64,000 nt of DNA. Origin: Thermodesulfobacteriota bacterium (GTDB taxonomy: Bacteria > Desulfobacterota > Desulfarculia > JACQYL01). Position 1 is the first letter of the stretch. Each line of letters opens with the position of its first letter. A program made the translations under genes and the position numbers. Positions 45,066 through 59,581 of this stretch are shown in pieces. Under the pieces are notes generated by a model. The model was not told where the DNA came from. It worked only from the letters and a program-made list of their open reading frames with translations, and made no database searches. The stretch lies in NCBI GenBank assembly GCA_963675595.2, contig CAXXLZ010000002.1, positions 160,001 through 224,000 on the forward strand, in the 5' to 3' direction.

Positions 45066-47309
45066 TCAGGTCAATCGCGACAAGATCATTTCCCAACGGA
45101 ACTTGGAATCACCCAGGGGAACGCGTGTCTCTCGAATGCGCACGCGCGAATAGTCTTTTTTGAGGATCACCGTGGAGCGAGGACCTCGTATGCTCGTACC
45201 CGTGAATATGGTCCCTGCGACACGGACCGCGGGAACGACTTTGGAGGACGCCGACCACTCCCGAAGGCTTTCGATATCCTCCGTAAGCTGCCCGATTTCC
45301 TCTTCACAAGCTTGGATTTCACCCTTTGCTTCGTCCACCTTTTCCGGAATCTCGGACTGCTCGTCCAACAACTTGTCCATGGACGATTCCGCCTTTTCTC
45401 CGATGGACTGCATCTTCCGGAGGTTCTCCTCGCACTCTTCCCGCTCTTTCTCCGAAAGGGGCTTCTTGCCTTCCAACCGGGCCTTCAATTTCTTGAGCTG
45501 AGCGTTGCTCTGTTCGTGAATCTGGGCCAGCTTCACCATTTCGTCGCTCGTGGCGGCAAAGCGGGTTTCCAGCGCGTCCACCGAAGCTTCCAGCTCCTGC
45601 CTGCGCTTCTTGGTTTCGACGATGCGCTCTTTCATGACCGCGATCTGTTTGTTGAGTCGCTCGTCGATCCCGATAATGAGAGTGGAAGGGTTGGACCTTT
45701 CCGAACCGATGTCAAAGGCCTGAATTCCTTCCCTGGCGCAGATGTTTGAGGAGAGCACCTTTTCTTTTTCGGCCAGGCACTTGCCGCTGGTCTCGATCTT
45801 GGAATCGATGGCTCCCTTGTAGAGCACAACATCGCCCAGAGCCTCAATTTCCGCCCGCCGGGCGAACTTGGCCGTGACCGTGCCCCCGGCGCGGATTTTT
45901 CCTCCGATAATCCCACCGCGAACGATCAAGTCTCCATCCACATCGATTTCAGCCCGCAGAACCTCTTGCACAACGAGCCGGCCGCCCCGGACTCGGAACC
46001 CGTCGCTCACCGATCCCGAAACCTCGATATGCCCGCTGAAATTCACGTGCCCGGTTTCCAGTCCCACGTCCCCGCCGATTTTGAGTTCGGGGTAGACTTG
46101 AAGCTTCCCGTCCACCGTGATGCTCGGACGCCCGTCGAACTTGGCATACACCTGGAGGCCGTCGGGAGATTTCTCCGTACCCGTCCCGCATCGAAAACGC
46201 ACCGGAGGAGGCTTGGGAACCGGGACCGGGGCTCCCGAAACATCGATCCCGGGTTCGCCTTCCTCGCCTTTGAGGATCTCCGCGATGAGCTGAGCCTTGT
46301 TCACCTGCGGGATTTCACCCCGCTCCTTGAAATCGATGCTGCCCGATTCCGTAATGCGACCCGGCTTCAAGGGGTCCGTATCGAAATGGTATTTAACCGT
46401 GTCCTCCCGAGCGGGTACCGCCGGTTTGCCTTTGGCGAGAACGAAGGACAGGCCTTTGCCGAATTCTTCCTTCAGGTACAGCCGGATGACCTCATCGGGC
46501 AAGATACCGTAACCAACGCCGGCGGTATCCAGGGCTTTCTTCACCGTCTCCAGGTCCGGAGGCGCCGTGTCGGGAGCGGGAAAAAGGGTCACCTCCATCC
46601 GGTCCGGGCCGATCTCGAGATCGAAGCCTTCGCCGCTGCTGAAAGGACGAAGCGGCCTGGTCACCAGGTCCGTCGGCGCGGGCTCCGCGGGCTCCGCAAG
46701 CTCCTCGGATAGCGGCCGGTCCTGAATCTTGAGGAGCGTTTCCCGTTGTCGAGCCGAAATCTTCCCCCATTGAACCAGTATGTCCCCGATACTCTGAACG
46801 GTCTTGGTGCGAATGAAGCCTTTTTCCTGCTGCTTGAATGCGTCATCCACATCCTGCTTCGAAACGATTCCCCCTTTTAACGCCAGCTCTCCGAAGGCTC
46901 TGTCCAGGGCCCTGGTTTCCCACATGTGCTTGACGGCTTTGAGAAACCCGTGCTGCTCCTTGGAGATCATGCTCTTTTGCAGCAGGATGACCTCCAACGA
47001 GAGGTCCCTGCCCTGAGCCTTTTCCGATTCCAGAAGAGCGGTTGCCTGAGCCATTTGTTCAGGAGTGATGAAACGAAAACGCAGCGCGAGTCTTCCGAAA
47101 ATCAGGGAATCGTCGCCTTTGAGGATTTCGTCGATGTCGCTTTCCGGAGACTCCTTCTTGGCGAGTTTCGAAGGCTGGTCCGAAGAGTGGATATCGAATT
47201 CCGTTTCGCATTTGGTGCAGCGGACTTTGCCGCCGTCGAGGTGGGCGGGAATCGCAAACCCGGTTTCGCACTTCGGGCAGCGGACGACCTTCTTGCCTTC
47301 ATTTTCCAT
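45066..47309 (-). CDS. FapA/DUF342-family protein with N-terminal zinc ribbon
   Basis: CPKC...CTKC; GSIDFKE, PGIDVSG, GDVGLETGHVNFSG beta-helix, coiled coil, V.GTIFTGT. Confidence 0.85.
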   Translation of the reverse strand: MENEGKKVVRCPKCETGFAIPAHLDGGKVRCTKCETEFDIHSSDQPSKLAKKESPESDIDEILKGDDSLIFGRLALRFRFITPEQMAQATALLESEKAQGRDLSLEVILLQKSMISKEQHGFLKAVKHMWETRALDRAFGELALKGGIVSKQDVDDAFKQQEKGFIRTKTVQSIGDILVQWGKISARQRETLLKIQDRPLSEELAEPAEPAPTDLVTRPLRPFSSGEGFDLEIGPDRMEVTLFPAPDTAPPDLETVKKALDTAGVGYGILPDEVIRLYLKEEFGKGLSFVLAKGKPAVPAREDTVKYHFDTDPLKPGRITESGSIDFKERGEIPQVNKAQLIAEILKGEEGEPGIDVSGAPVPVPKPPPVRFRCGTGTEKSPDGLQVYAKFDGRPSITVDGKLQVYPELKIGGDVGLETGHVNFSGHIEVSGSVSDGFRVRGGRLVVQEVLRAEIDVDGDLIVRGGIIGGKIRAGGTVTAKFARRAEIEALGDVVLYKGAIDSKIETSGKCLAEKEKVLSSNICAREGIQAFDIGSERSNPSTLIIGIDERLNKQIAVMKERIVETKKRRQELEASVDALETRFAATSDEMVKLAQIHEQSNAQLKKLKARLEGKKPLSEKEREECEENLRKMQSIGEKAESSMDKLLDEQSEIPEKVDEAKGEIQACEEEIGQLTEDIESLREWSASSKVVPAVRVAGTIFTGTSIRGPRSTVILKKDYSRVRIRETRVPLGDSKFRWEMILSRLT

Positions 47310-47536
47310 GATCACCCGAGAGATACTTTGAGGTTGGAAGGGAAATCGATTATAACAGATAAGTCGATTTTGTGAAGGATTCTAGATGGATTTCCGACCT
47401 CCGCTTCGACCGCTCCTCCCCACAAAGACAACCCCTTGATATTTTGACCATACCTGTAAACCCCACGCCGACAAAATGCAACCCGACAATGGGACGAAAA
47501 CCGGTTCCGGCAACTTTCGGCCATCCGAGCCGGCGG

Positions 47537-47908
47537 TCACACCCGTCCCCTGTCCTCCTCTTCGCGTCGGGTCTCCTGTTCGTGAGCATTCAAGACGGTC
47601 TCAATGGAACGCTCCAACTCTTCCTTGCGCAGGGTCGAGCCTTCCAAGCGATCGACCTCACGACCGTTTCGAAACAGCAGAAAAGCGGGAACACTTTCAA
47701 TGCGATGGGCCCCGAACAGGTCCTTGTTGCCCGCGAGACTCGCCCGAACCAATTTGAGACGTCCCGCGAACCGTCTTTCCAGTCCCCGGGAATAGGCACT
47801 GAAAACCTGGCACGCGGAGCAACTCGGCATATGGAATTCCACCAAAACAGGGAGATCCGAATCCCTTACTTCGGCGTCGAAGTTCCACGACGAAACGTCC
47901 ACCGGCAT
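47537..47908 (-). CDS. Thioredoxin-like protein (CSAC)
   Basis: NFDAEV.SDLPVLVEF, CSAC, IESVPAFLLFRNG; RBS GGAGG. Confidence 0.8.
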   Translation of the reverse strand: MPVDVSSWNFDAEVRDSDLPVLVEFHMPSCSACQVFSAYSRGLERRFAGRLKLVRASLAGNKDLFGAHRIESVPAFLLFRNGREVDRLEGSTLRKEELERSIETVLNAHEQETRREEEDRGRV

Positions 47909-48384
47909 GGCTTCCTCCGGAAAGCAGTCCATCGGGATTATATACAAATAATTGTCATACTAAAGTTTCTACCCACTCCCGTATGACTTGTGTACCTATT
48001 TTGAGCCCATTGTCAACGACCGTATACGCCCGACCGGAAAATGATTTCCGATCCCCAGTCGTTCTTCCGGTGTTTGCCCTTGGACCGCGTCGGTTGAATG
48101 TGGTATATAGGCTTCGGGTTCTCTTCAGAAATCGTTTGTTCATTCTTTTCAAGAAACTCGGACCGGGATGGATGTTGCTCCCTCGCTCGTCCTGAAACCG
48201 CGGCCGATCCGACGCTCCGTTCTTGATTTCCGGTCGCAACGGCCGAACCATCCCGAATTCACCGGACAAGTTTTCTCACACCCATTCAACATCATTTGCC
48301 GATCTTTTCGAAACGAGTGTTCACGTCGGCGCTCGGAACTCACGCTTTGCCGGAAACTCCGACAACCCAAGGGGAGAAGCGGCG

Positions 48385-49194
48385 ATGACCTACGAAACGA
48401 TCCTTTGCGACCGCGAGGAAGGAGTCGGTATTGTTCGGTTGAACCGCCCGGAACGCATGAATGCCGTCACCGAACAGATGTATCTGGAACTCCGGGACGT
48501 ATTCGGGCAGGCTCTTCGGGACGACGCCGTCCGGGCGATGGTGCTTACGGGCTCCGTGCTGAAAAGGGGCGACACGCAAAAACAGGCATTCTGCGCCGGC
48601 GCCGACTTGAAGCAGCACGCCGCCGGGGAACGGACCCACGCCCAGAAAAGAGCCTATATTCTTCTGGCGCATGAAACCACCCGGGAAATTCATGAATTCT
48701 CCAAACCCGTGATCGCGGCGGTCAACGGTCCCGCGCGCGGCGCCGGCGCCGAGTTGGCCCTTTGCTGCGATTTCATCTTCATGGCGGAACAAGCAACCAT
48801 CGCGTTCCCGGAGACCGGGCTGGGCACTTTTGTCGGCGGCGGTTCCACCTATCACCTGCCCCGGCTCGTCGGCACCACCAAAGCCAAGGAATTGATCTAC
48901 ACCGGGCGCGTGTTGGACGGACTCGAAGCCGTGGAATTCGGCGTTGCCTTCCGGTGTCGCCCCATTGAAACTCTCTTGAAAGACTGTCTCGAGTTCGCAT
49001 CCACTCTATCGGGCAAAGCCCCGGTATCCATGAGGCTCGCCAAGAAATATCTCCAAAAACACGGGAATCTTGATCTCGAGACGGTCCTGGCTCTGGAAAC
49101 CGAAGCCGTTCTCACGTGTATGGACACGGAAGACTGGCACGAAGGCATCCGTGCGTTCAATGAGAAACGAAAGCCGAATTACCAAGGGAGATGA
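48385..49194 (+). CDS. Enoyl-CoA hydratase/isomerase (crotonase) family
   Basis: LNRPERMNA, FCAGADL, KPVIAAVNG..GAGAEL...CD, FPETGLG, EGIRAFNEKRKP. Confidence 0.93.
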   Translation: MTYETILCDREEGVGIVRLNRPERMNAVTEQMYLELRDVFGQALRDDAVRAMVLTGSVLKRGDTQKQAFCAGADLKQHAAGERTHAQKRAYILLAHETTREIHEFSKPVIAAVNGPARGAGAELALCCDFIFMAEQATIAFPETGLGTFVGGGSTYHLPRLVGTTKAKELIYTGRVLDGLEAVEFGVAFRCRPIETLLKDCLEFASTLSGKAPVSMRLAKKYLQKHGNLDLETVLALETEAVLTCMDTEDWHEGIRAFNEKRKPNYQGR

Positions 49195-49195
49195 C

Positions 49196-51343
49196 ATGAA
49201 CCTGGCCAAAGTCCTCAATGCGCGATCCGTGGCCATTATCGGAGCTTCCAAGGACGAAAGGAAAAGAGGGTTCCAGGCCATCAGGACCCTTTTGGAGGAC
49301 CATTACGAAGGGGAGATCTACCCCGTCAATCCCAAGGAAGAAAGCATCCTCGGGCTGAGATGCTACAAGAACATTCAGGAAATCGAGGCGCGCGTTGATT
49401 TGGCCCTGATCACCACGCCGGCGGAGACGGTGCCCGGAATTCTCAAAGATTGCGGCAAGAAAGGCATCGGGGGCGTGGTCATCATCGCGGGTGGGTTCGG
49501 TGAATTCGGCGAATACGGCAAAGCGCTGCAGCAACAGATCGTGGAAACCGCGGCCGAACACAAATTGAGGATTATCGGTCCCAACACCTCCGGGGTGGTG
49601 AACATGGTGAACCACCTCAATTTGGCGGGACTGCCGGACGTGCCCAAGGGAGATATCGCGCTGGTGTCTCAAAGCGGCAACGTGGCTCTTCACATGATTA
49701 CCGAAGCCAAACTGAAGAGCCAAAGAGGATTCTCCTATTACGTCGGCGTGGGAAACGAGGCGGACGTGAGGTTCGATGAATATCTCGAATTCTTCACGCG
49801 TGACCCCAACACCAAGGCCATCCTCATGTACGTGGAAGGGCTGCGCGACGGCAGGAAGTTCCTTCAGGAAGCCTACAAGACCACGACCAAGAAGCCCGTT
49901 GTCCTGCTCAAGGGCGGGCGATCCGCTAAGGGGAAGCAATCCATCGGCTCCCACACCGGAGCTTTGGCGGGACTTTCCGAGGTGGCGAGAACCGCTTTCG
50001 GAAGAGCCGGAATCATCACCGTGGAGCGGTCCGACGAATTGTTCCCCGTGGCGGAAACCCTGTCCAGCCTGCCTCCCATCCGCAACGGCAAGGTGGCCAT
50101 TCTCGCCGACGGAGGCGGGCACGCGACCATCGCCGCCGATAAGCTCACCGATTTGGGTGTCGAGATTCCCAGGCTGCACAAGAACTCCCAGAATAAGCTC
50201 AGAAGTCTTCTGCCGGCCAACGCACCGGTGGGCAACCCGGTGGACGTGGCCGGAGGTACGGACGCCGATCCCGGCGTCTTTGCCGACTGCGCCAGAGCCC
50301 TCCTCGAAGACTCCTACGTGGGCGGACTGCTCATCGCGGGACTCTTCGGCGGCTATGCAATCCGCTTCGCCGAAAAGCTGCGGTTCATCGAGGAGGACGC
50401 CGCACATCAGCTCGGGAAACTGGTGGTTCAAACGGGCAAACCCATTGTCCTTCACAGCCTCTACAACCATGCGAAACCTCACTCTCTCGAACTGCTCCGA
50501 TATTACAACATACCCGTGTTCGACTCCCTGGATATTGCCTGCAAGTGCCTCTCCTCTCTTTCCGAATACGGCCACTACCTGTCCACGTTTCCCAAGCGCA
50601 CCAACTTCGTTTTCAATTGGCGCGCCAAAGCCAAACCGGAAGCCTGTGAAATCATTCGCCGTGCAGAGGCCGAAGGCAGACGCGCACTCATGGAGCACGA
50701 GGCCAAGAGATTGTTGGGCCTGCACGGGGCTCCGGTCACCTCGGACCGCCTCGCCGCCGAGCCCGAGGAAGCCGTTCGCATCGCCCGGGACATCGGCGAA
50801 CCGGTGGCCCTCAAAATCGTTTCTCCTGATATCCTGCACAAGACCGACGCCTGCGGCGTCAGGCTTCGTCTAAGTACGGAAGAAGAGGTGCGAAGCGCCT
50901 TCTGCGAAATTATCGAAAGCGCGAAAAGTTACGACGGAAGAGCCGACATCAAGGGTTGTCTGGTTTCTCCGATGGCCTGTGACGGAGTGGAAGTCATCGT
51001 TGGGACCAAGATCGACGAGCAGTTCGGCCCGGTCGTTATGTTTGGTCTGGGCGGCATTCTGGTCGAAGTGGTCAAGGACGTCTCCTTTCGTGTGCTTCCG
51101 ATTTCCAAGAGCGCAGCCGCCAAAATGATTACGGAAATCAAGTCGGCTCCCATTCTCAACGGAGTGAGAGGCCGGGCGCCCGTGGACAAAAACGCCATCG
51201 TCCATCTGCTGCACACTGTTTCGGAAGTAATCGAAGCATACCCGGAGATTCTCGAAATGGACCTGAACCCCGTCATTGCGACGGAAAGCGGGATCACCAT
51301 CGTGGACGCCAGGATCATTCTGAAAAGTCCTGTTGCGGTTTGA
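49196..51343 (+). CDS. ADP-forming acyl-CoA synthetase (acetate-CoA ligase alpha-beta fusion)
   Basis: SVAIIGAS, YPVNP, IIGPNT, SQSG, SHTGALAG, NPVD, LKIVSPDILHKTD, EMDLNP. Confidence 0.93.
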   Translation: MNLAKVLNARSVAIIGASKDERKRGFQAIRTLLEDHYEGEIYPVNPKEESILGLRCYKNIQEIEARVDLALITTPAETVPGILKDCGKKGIGGVVIIAGGFGEFGEYGKALQQQIVETAAEHKLRIIGPNTSGVVNMVNHLNLAGLPDVPKGDIALVSQSGNVALHMITEAKLKSQRGFSYYVGVGNEADVRFDEYLEFFTRDPNTKAILMYVEGLRDGRKFLQEAYKTTTKKPVVLLKGGRSAKGKQSIGSHTGALAGLSEVARTAFGRAGIITVERSDELFPVAETLSSLPPIRNGKVAILADGGGHATIAADKLTDLGVEIPRLHKNSQNKLRSLLPANAPVGNPVDVAGGTDADPGVFADCARALLEDSYVGGLLIAGLFGGYAIRFAEKLRFIEEDAAHQLGKLVVQTGKPIVLHSLYNHAKPHSLELLRYYNIPVFDSLDIACKCLSSLSEYGHYLSTFPKRTNFVFNWRAKAKPEACEIIRRAEAEGRRALMEHEAKRLLGLHGAPVTSDRLAAEPEEAVRIARDIGEPVALKIVSPDILHKTDACGVRLRLSTEEEVRSAFCEIIESAKSYDGRADIKGCLVSPMACDGVEVIVGTKIDEQFGPVVMFGLGGILVEVVKDVSFRVLPISKSAAAKMITEIKSAPILNGVRGRAPVDKNAIVHLLHTVSEVIEAYPEILEMDLNPVIATESGITIVDARIILKSPVAV

Positions 51344-51656
51344 CGCACGTCCGCCCTCGCACGAGGACCGGTCCCCTGGGTCTCCCGTGGTCGGGCCCGC
51401 CCTCGGCGGGTCATTGCAGGAATCGCAGATCACCAAATCCCCCTTCTTTTTGAGTGGAACCGATGACGATGCGGTCACCGGTTCATATCCACAGCCCATT
51501 GAAGAAGGCCGACCAACACAGGCCGGCAAGAAAACGATGAGAAGCAGGGCGCAAATCCCTGGAAGAAAGGCGCACATGAAGTGCGCCGCAGCGACCGGGG
51601 AGAAAGCGCAACACCGCAGACCGCGTTTCCCAACAGCCTGTTGAGCGGAGAGGAAC

Positions 51657-53456
51657 ATGGATAGGCACGCCGTTCGATCCAAGATACTCGACCTGTTGAA
51701 TGTTGCACCCGCCTTGAAGGAGATTCTGCTTTCGGAAGACCCTCTCCAGGAAAAACGACGAAGGATCAGGGCTTTTCTGGCGGGCATGCTCGCCGTGACC
51801 TTTAACGACGACCCCACGATTCCACCGCTGGAGTGGGTGCTGACCAGCGACGCGATTATGGTGTTCAAGAGCATCCTCACCGAAAGAAGCGAACGTCTGG
51901 CCGAATTCAGTTTCCTTCAATACCTGGACGATTTGGTGCACACGGAACGGGAAGCCGACCCTCCCGAACCCACGCCGGACTTTCTCGCCGAGTTGGAGCA
52001 TCTCCTGAAAGGAATCATGGGAAAGACCGGGGTTTATTCCGACAAGATTCCGGCCTTTCTCCAGCGTGACGGCCGGGACGCGGCGATCCTCCGGTCGTCC
52101 GATCTCTCGAGCATGGCCCGGGAAGCCAAGAGATATCTGGATCGATACCCATGCGGACTGGAAGATGAGATTATCCGAACGCGAAGCCGCAACAAATCTC
52201 GGATATTGGAACGCTTCGACGCCACGGAATACGAATGGGAGGACTGGAAGTGGCAGGTTCGACACATCATTCGGAAGGCCGATGTCCTGAAAGATCTCGT
52301 GGGGCTCACTCCTGAGGAATACACGGCCGTGAAACTGGCCAACAAGTACAAGATCCCCTTCGGCATCACGCCCTATTACCTTTCTCTGATGGACAACGAG
52401 CCCGGTGGAGAGCAAGACCGTGCGGTACGCGCTCAGGTGATCCCCTCGCCGCACTACGTGGAAACCATGCAACAACTCCGAGAATCTTCGGAACCGTCCA
52501 TGGACTTCATGTTGGAACGCAATACTTCCCCGGTGGACGGCATTACGCGACGGTACCCCATGATCGTGATTTTGAAACCGTTTCTGACCTGCCCGCAAAT
52601 CTGCGTCTACTGCCAGCGCAATTGGGAGATCGAAGACGTCTATTCCAAACGGGCCGCCTTGTCCAAAGAGAAATTGGACAAGGCTCTTCAGTGGATTCAG
52701 GACACTCCGGAAGTCAACGAGGTCCTCGTGACCGGAGGAGACCCCTTGCTTCTATCCAATGAACGGCTGGAGAACCTTCTGTACCGGCTGAGCCAGATAC
52801 GGCACGTGGAGCGTATTCGGATCGGAACCCGCACACCGGTCACCCTGCCCCAGCGCATCACCGATTCCCTGGTCCGCGACATCAACCATTTTCACAATCC
52901 GGGAAAACGGGAAGTGCTCGTGGTCACTCATTTCGAGCATCCCTACGAGATCACGCCTCAGTCCATGGAAGCGGTGCAGAAATTCCGCCGATACGGCATG
53001 GAAGTATACAACCAACTCGTCTATACCTTTTACAATTCCAGACGTTTCGAAGCCGCGGCTCTTCGGTTGAAGCTTCGCCTGATCGGAGTCACGCCCTACT
53101 ATACGTTCAACACCAAAGGCAAAGAAGAAACCGACGACTATCGCGTACCCATCGCCCGGCTGATGCAGGAACAGAAGGAAGAGGCGAGGCTGTTGCCGGG
53201 AACCGTAAGGACCGACGAGATCGTGTTCAACGTGCCCGGCTTGGGCAAGAACTATCTACGGGCCAAGCAGCACCACGAGGTGATCTCCATATTTCCCGAC
53301 GGAAGACGCCTCTACGAATTCCATCCTTGGGAAAAAAAGCTTTTCTTGGTGGACACTTACGTATACAAGGACGTGTCCATCCACCAATACCTGGAACGCC
53401 TCGCCGCTTATGGTGAAGACCTGTCGGCCTACCGGTCCATCTGGTACTACTATTAG
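51657..53456 (+). CDS. KamA-family (lysine 2,3-aminomutase-like) radical SAM enzyme with N-terminal extension
   Basis: WEDWKWQ, ITPYY, RRYP, CPQICVYCQR, TGGDP, IRIGTRTPVTLPQRIT, HFEHPYEIT, VPGLGK. Confidence 0.9.
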   Translation: MDRHAVRSKILDLLNVAPALKEILLSEDPLQEKRRRIRAFLAGMLAVTFNDDPTIPPLEWVLTSDAIMVFKSILTERSERLAEFSFLQYLDDLVHTEREADPPEPTPDFLAELEHLLKGIMGKTGVYSDKIPAFLQRDGRDAAILRSSDLSSMAREAKRYLDRYPCGLEDEIIRTRSRNKSRILERFDATEYEWEDWKWQVRHIIRKADVLKDLVGLTPEEYTAVKLANKYKIPFGITPYYLSLMDNEPGGEQDRAVRAQVIPSPHYVETMQQLRESSEPSMDFMLERNTSPVDGITRRYPMIVILKPFLTCPQICVYCQRNWEIEDVYSKRAALSKEKLDKALQWIQDTPEVNEVLVTGGDPLLLSNERLENLLYRLSQIRHVERIRIGTRTPVTLPQRITDSLVRDINHFHNPGKREVLVVTHFEHPYEITPQSMEAVQKFRRYGMEVYNQLVYTFYNSRRFEAAALRLKLRLIGVTPYYTFNTKGKEETDDYRVPIARLMQEQKEEARLLPGTVRTDEIVFNVPGLGKNYLRAKQHHEVISIFPDGRRLYEFHPWEKKLFLVDTYVYKDVSIHQYLERLAAYGEDLSAYRSIWYYY

Positions 53457-53648
53457 GCAGTGAGGGAAGCGAATCCCCGAGACGGAGGCCGGTCTCACCC
53501 AGTCGCCCGAAACCTTTTTTTCTCGGTTCGGGTTTTCTTGTGGGCCGGCTTGACCCAAGCCCTTCTTTGAGATATATAGAACCGTTTAAGCAGACCTCGG
53601 GGAGCGCCTAAGGTTTCCCCCCAAACATCGACCCGGCCATGAAATCGA

Positions 53649-54986
53649 ATGCGGCGAAACTTCTACTTCTGGATTTATAACTTCTGCCTGCTGCTGCTCG
53701 GTCCCCCGCTGCTCGCACTCGCTCTTTTTCATCTCGTTCGACGTCCTCACCACCGCACCGGCGCCGGACAACGCCTGGGGAACATTCCCCGCGACAAAAC
53801 GCGGCGCCTCAGGGGCCGCCCTCGCATCTGGCTGCACGCCGTGTCCGTGGGCGAGGTTTCCGTGGCTCAAGCCGTGTGCAGGGCTCTTCGGCAGGCGATG
53901 CCCGAAGCCTCCCTTCTGGTTTCCTGTACGACTCCGGACGGGATGAAGAGAGCCCGAGGTACCCTCCCGCCGGAGGTCGTAACGGTGTTCTACCCGCTGG
54001 ATTTCCAACTATGCGTTCACTGGGCTTTGAAAAGGGTTCGACCGGATATCTACGTGTGCCTGGAAACCGAGTTCTGGCCCAACTTTGTCCACACGGCCCA
54101 CGCCATGGGAGCCACGGTGATTTTGGCCAACGGCCGGATCTCACCCCGTTCTTTCCGACGTTACCTCCTTCTGCGTCCTTTTTTCCGCTGGGTGCTCGGT
54201 GCGTTCGATGCCTTCCTGATGATCGGGAAACAAGATGCCGAACGGGTTCTCCGTCTGGGAGCGCCGGCCCGGAGAATCGAAACGCTCGGAAACGCCAAAT
54301 ACGATCTACTGGCGGAGCGCACGGTCGCTTCCGAGCCCGGTACCGTCCGATCCCTTCTTTCGCCGCCTCAAGACACGGTCATCCTTGTGGTGGGCAGCCT
54401 ACGCGGGCCCGAGGAGCAACCGGTGGTTCCGATTCTGTGCCGGTTGCTGTCCCGCAGGAAGAATCTCCTCGCGGTTGTGGCGCCGAGGCACGTCACCAGG
54501 GCCTCGCACATCGAGCAAGCCTTTCAAAGCCGGGGCGTGGGTGTTCAATTGTGGACGAGAATTCAAACCGGGGAAGAGCGCAGAGTGCAACGAGTCGTGA
54601 TTCTGGATACCATCGGAGAGCTGTTCCAATTCTATGGGGTGGCCGACATCGTGTTCTGTGGAGGCTCTTTGGCCCCGCTGGGCGGCCAGAACGTCATGGA
54701 ACCGGCGGCATGGGGGATTCGTCCGATTTTCGGTCCCCACATGGACGACTTCCAAGACGCCGTCAGCCGTCTGGAGTCCGAAGGGGGCGGATTTCCCATT
54801 GGGAACCCCGGAGAACTGGAAAAAATGATCGAACGGCTGCTGGACCATCCGGAGGAACGCAAGCCGGGCCGGGATCGTCCCCACGGTTCCCTTCCCGAGT
54901 CCACGCCTTCCACGCGAATCGCCCAAGCCGTTCTACAAACCTGGAAGCGAAAGGCCGGTCCTTCGCAGAACATCCGGAAAGACTGA
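53649..54986 (+). CDS. waaA: 3-deoxy-D-manno-octulosonic acid transferase
   Basis: IWLHAVSVGE, PLD, ETEFWPN, NGRIS, GNAKYD, APRH, DTIGEL, GGSL...GGQN..EPA. Confidence 0.93.
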   Translation: MRRNFYFWIYNFCLLLLGPPLLALALFHLVRRPHHRTGAGQRLGNIPRDKTRRLRGRPRIWLHAVSVGEVSVAQAVCRALRQAMPEASLLVSCTTPDGMKRARGTLPPEVVTVFYPLDFQLCVHWALKRVRPDIYVCLETEFWPNFVHTAHAMGATVILANGRISPRSFRRYLLLRPFFRWVLGAFDAFLMIGKQDAERVLRLGAPARRIETLGNAKYDLLAERTVASEPGTVRSLLSPPQDTVILVVGSLRGPEEQPVVPILCRLLSRRKNLLAVVAPRHVTRASHIEQAFQSRGVGVQLWTRIQTGEERRVQRVVILDTIGELFQFYGVADIVFCGGSLAPLGGQNVMEPAAWGIRPIFGPHMDDFQDAVSRLESEGGGFPIGNPGELEKMIERLLDHPEERKPGRDRPHGSLPESTPSTRIAQAVLQTWKRKAGPSQNIRKD

Positions 54987-55218
54987 GATGCTTTCCCACC
55001 CTTCGCAATCCCCAACGTCCGCCTCGAATTCGGCAAAACGAAGGGTTGAGATGAGGCCGGACCGTTACTAATATTTGACGAAAGGCAAACGGGCGCTTCC
55101 ATGAATCCATAGATTTCCGCCGGCCGGGCGCAAGGTTACCCGGCCGGTTTTGTGTGCCCGAACTCGAAACAGGATTTACGATTTCCCCGGAACCGTCCGG
55201 GGCTGAAAGTCCGAAATT

Positions 55219-56332
55219 ATGAAAGCATATTTGGCGCTGGAAGACGGATTCGTTCTCGAGGGAGAAAGCTTCACCGGCGAAGGAGAGGCCCTGGGTGAGG
55301 TGGTATTCAACACCAGTATGACCGGTTATCAGGAGATACTCACCGATCCATCCTATCGAGGCCAGATCGTTGCCATGACCTATCCACAGGTGGGCAATTA
55401 CGGCATCAACCCGGAGGACGTAGAATCCGCAAAGATTCGCGTGGAAGGCTTTATCATCCGGGAATATCCCCCTCTGGCCAGCAACTGGCGCTCCAAGGGC
55501 AATCTGGCCGACTACCTGAAGCAGGCCGGAATCATCGGAGTGGAGGGAATCGACACCCGAGCCCTGACCAGGCATATACGCTCCCTCGGGGCCATGCGAG
55601 GCATTCTGTCCACCGACGTTTCCGATCCGGCCGCTCTGGCGGCCAAAGCCGGACAATGGCCGGGGTTGGTGGGCAACGACATGGTCCGGTTGGTGTCGGC
55701 CCCGGAGCCTTTCCGATGGCCGGAGATGACCCCCGCCCAATCCTGGACGGGTGGTAGGGAGTTCCGGGTGGTGGTCTACGACTATGGAGTCAAGTACAAC
55801 ATCCTCCGCTGCCTGGAGAAGAGAAACTGCGAAGTCATCGTGCTGCCGCCGGAAGGCTATGCGGATCTTTTCGACGAACTCGCCCCGGACGGTGTGGTTC
55901 TGAGCAACGGACCCGGTGACCCCGAGGGAATCCCCTATGCGGTGGCGGAAGTCCAAAGAGTCCTGGATCGACAACCCATTTTCGGAATCTGCATGGGCCA
56001 TCAGGTGCTGGGGCTCGCTCTCGGCGGGAAAACCTACAAGTTGAAATTCGGCCATCGTGGCGCCAACCAGCCCGTCATGGACCTGACCACCAAGAAAGTG
56101 GAGATCACTTCCCAGAACCACGGTTTCTGTGTCGAACCGGACAGTCTGGCCTCCGCCGGAGTGGAAGTCACTCACATCAATCTAAACGACCGAACGCTCG
56201 AGGGGTTCCGCCACAAGACCCTGCCGTTGTTTTCCGTGCAGTATCACCCCGAGGCCTCGCCGGGCCCGCACGATGCGGACTACCTTTTCGAGCGGTTCAT
56301 ACAAAACATGCGGAATAGAAAGTCAAAAAGCC

Positions 56333-56340
<8 letters not shown>
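55219..56340 (+). CDS. carA: Carbamoyl-phosphate synthase small subunit
   Basis: [40 protein letters not shown]. Confidence 0.98.
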
Positions 56341-59557
<3,217 letters not shown>

Positions 59558-59581
59558 TCTTCAGGACCTGGAGGAGACCCC

